Below are positions 63,206-64,000 of a stretch of DNA of 64,000 bases, one piece after another (position 1 is the first letter of the stretch; every line of letters starts with the position of its first letter). A model generated the notes under the pieces. The model did no database searches. It was not told where the DNA came from and saw only the letters and a list, made by a program, of their open reading frames with translations. The DNA comes from an uncultured bacterium (GTDB lineage Bacteria > Babelota > Babeliae > Babelales > Vermiphilaceae). The translations under genes were made by a program, and so were the position numbers. The stretch covers positions 1,120,001 through 1,184,000 of the forward strand of contig OY969561.1 in the NCBI GenBank assembly GCA_963701085.1. The letters run 5' to 3'.

Positions 63206-63820
63206 TTAATGTGCTTGTGGCGCAAGGGCTTGCAAGCTTAGCACAATACCAAATTTAAGTAATTGTCCCATCATGGCGCTAAATGTATAAATGAGTGCTG
63301 TAGAGGCTGCTGAGCTGACGATAAAGGAGGTTGAAGTTTGTTGCTGCCATTCGTCAAAATTGATTTTGTTTTTTGCTCTAAAATAATTTTTTACCATATT
63401 TAATTTTTCTTCTTCGGTAGCGAATTCATTTGATTCTTTAAGTGAATTGTTTATGTCGCTAAAAGCTTCATTTTTCATGTGAGTAAACGTTCGTTTTTGC
63501 ATAAATTGTTTGGTAAGATTTTTTGTAAAAGCGCCAATGCCAGCATCTGAGCCGGTCGAAAAACTTTGTATAAATATTTGTGGTAGCAGATTATAGATCA
63601 TGCTCCAGTTGCTTGGAGTTGTAGTAGCAGGTTGAATACGTTGTTTTATAGGCTCTTCTTCCTCTTCTTCAATTTTTTCATACATTGTTTGAGGAGTGTG
63701 TGGTGCGGGGGTTATTTTTTGTGTTGCAACTGGTTGTGTAAGTTGTTTGCAATGAGCGAGAGAAGGTAATGCAAATGTGCAGAGTAGTAGAGGAGTAATA
63801 AGATAATTTTGTTTTTTCAT
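63206..63820 (-). CDS. Hypothetical secreted/membrane protein
   Basis: Signal peptide, acidic run, C-terminal hydrophobic segment. Confidence 0.65.
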   Translation of the reverse strand: MKKQNYLITPLLLCTFALPSLAHCKQLTQPVATQKITPAPHTPQTMYEKIEEEEEEPIKQRIQPATTTPSNWSMIYNLLPQIFIQSFSTGSDAGIGAFTKNLTKQFMQKRTFTHMKNEAFSDINNSLKESNEFATEEEKLNMVKNYFRAKNKINFDEWQQQTSTSFIVSSAASTALIYTFSAMMGQLLKFGIVLSLQALAPQAH

Positions 63821-64000
63821 GTGCTTACCTCTTTGTATCTAGTATTCTTTTTATTTACATTGAATGTCTCAAAATAAGAAATAATAAAACAAGAGATAAA
63901 TTATTTTCTTTGAAGCGCCAAAAACAGAGGGATATTTTTTTTTGCCTGCGATATCTGTTCTGCTATATCCTTATTGATCAATTGTTGTTCATATTCTGTT

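Overview
AT-rich bacterial chromosome segment. Gene content and style point to an intracellular, protist-associated lineage, most likely Babeliae/Dependentiae (TM6); this assignment is inference. Housekeeping genes (uvrB, tal/fsa, orn, priA, a tandem-domain ddl, pgi, atpD-atpC, leuS, two P-type ATPases, split LigD Pol/PE, gspF-K, mlaD, a HerA-like ATPase) are interleaved with many signal-peptide proteins that look like host effectors: ankyrin/F-box-like arrays, a PLD-fold protein, a HipA/PI-kinase-like protein, a G1 peptidase and an apparently inactive HDAC11-like protein. Three patterns stand out. (1) Short palindromic repeats (REP/RPE-like) nest inside each other and sit in frame within priA, ddl, gspK, a NUDIX gene and an ankyrin gene. 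(2) A 630-780 bp element with long inverted arms and a near-identical structured core occurs twice, with the core inverted between the copies. (3) About 12 secreted proteins place Met, usually followed by Glu/Asp, right after the predicted signal-peptidase site. Several genes carry single-base frameshifts, probably consensus errors. No rRNA, tRNA, CRISPR array or transposase was recognised.
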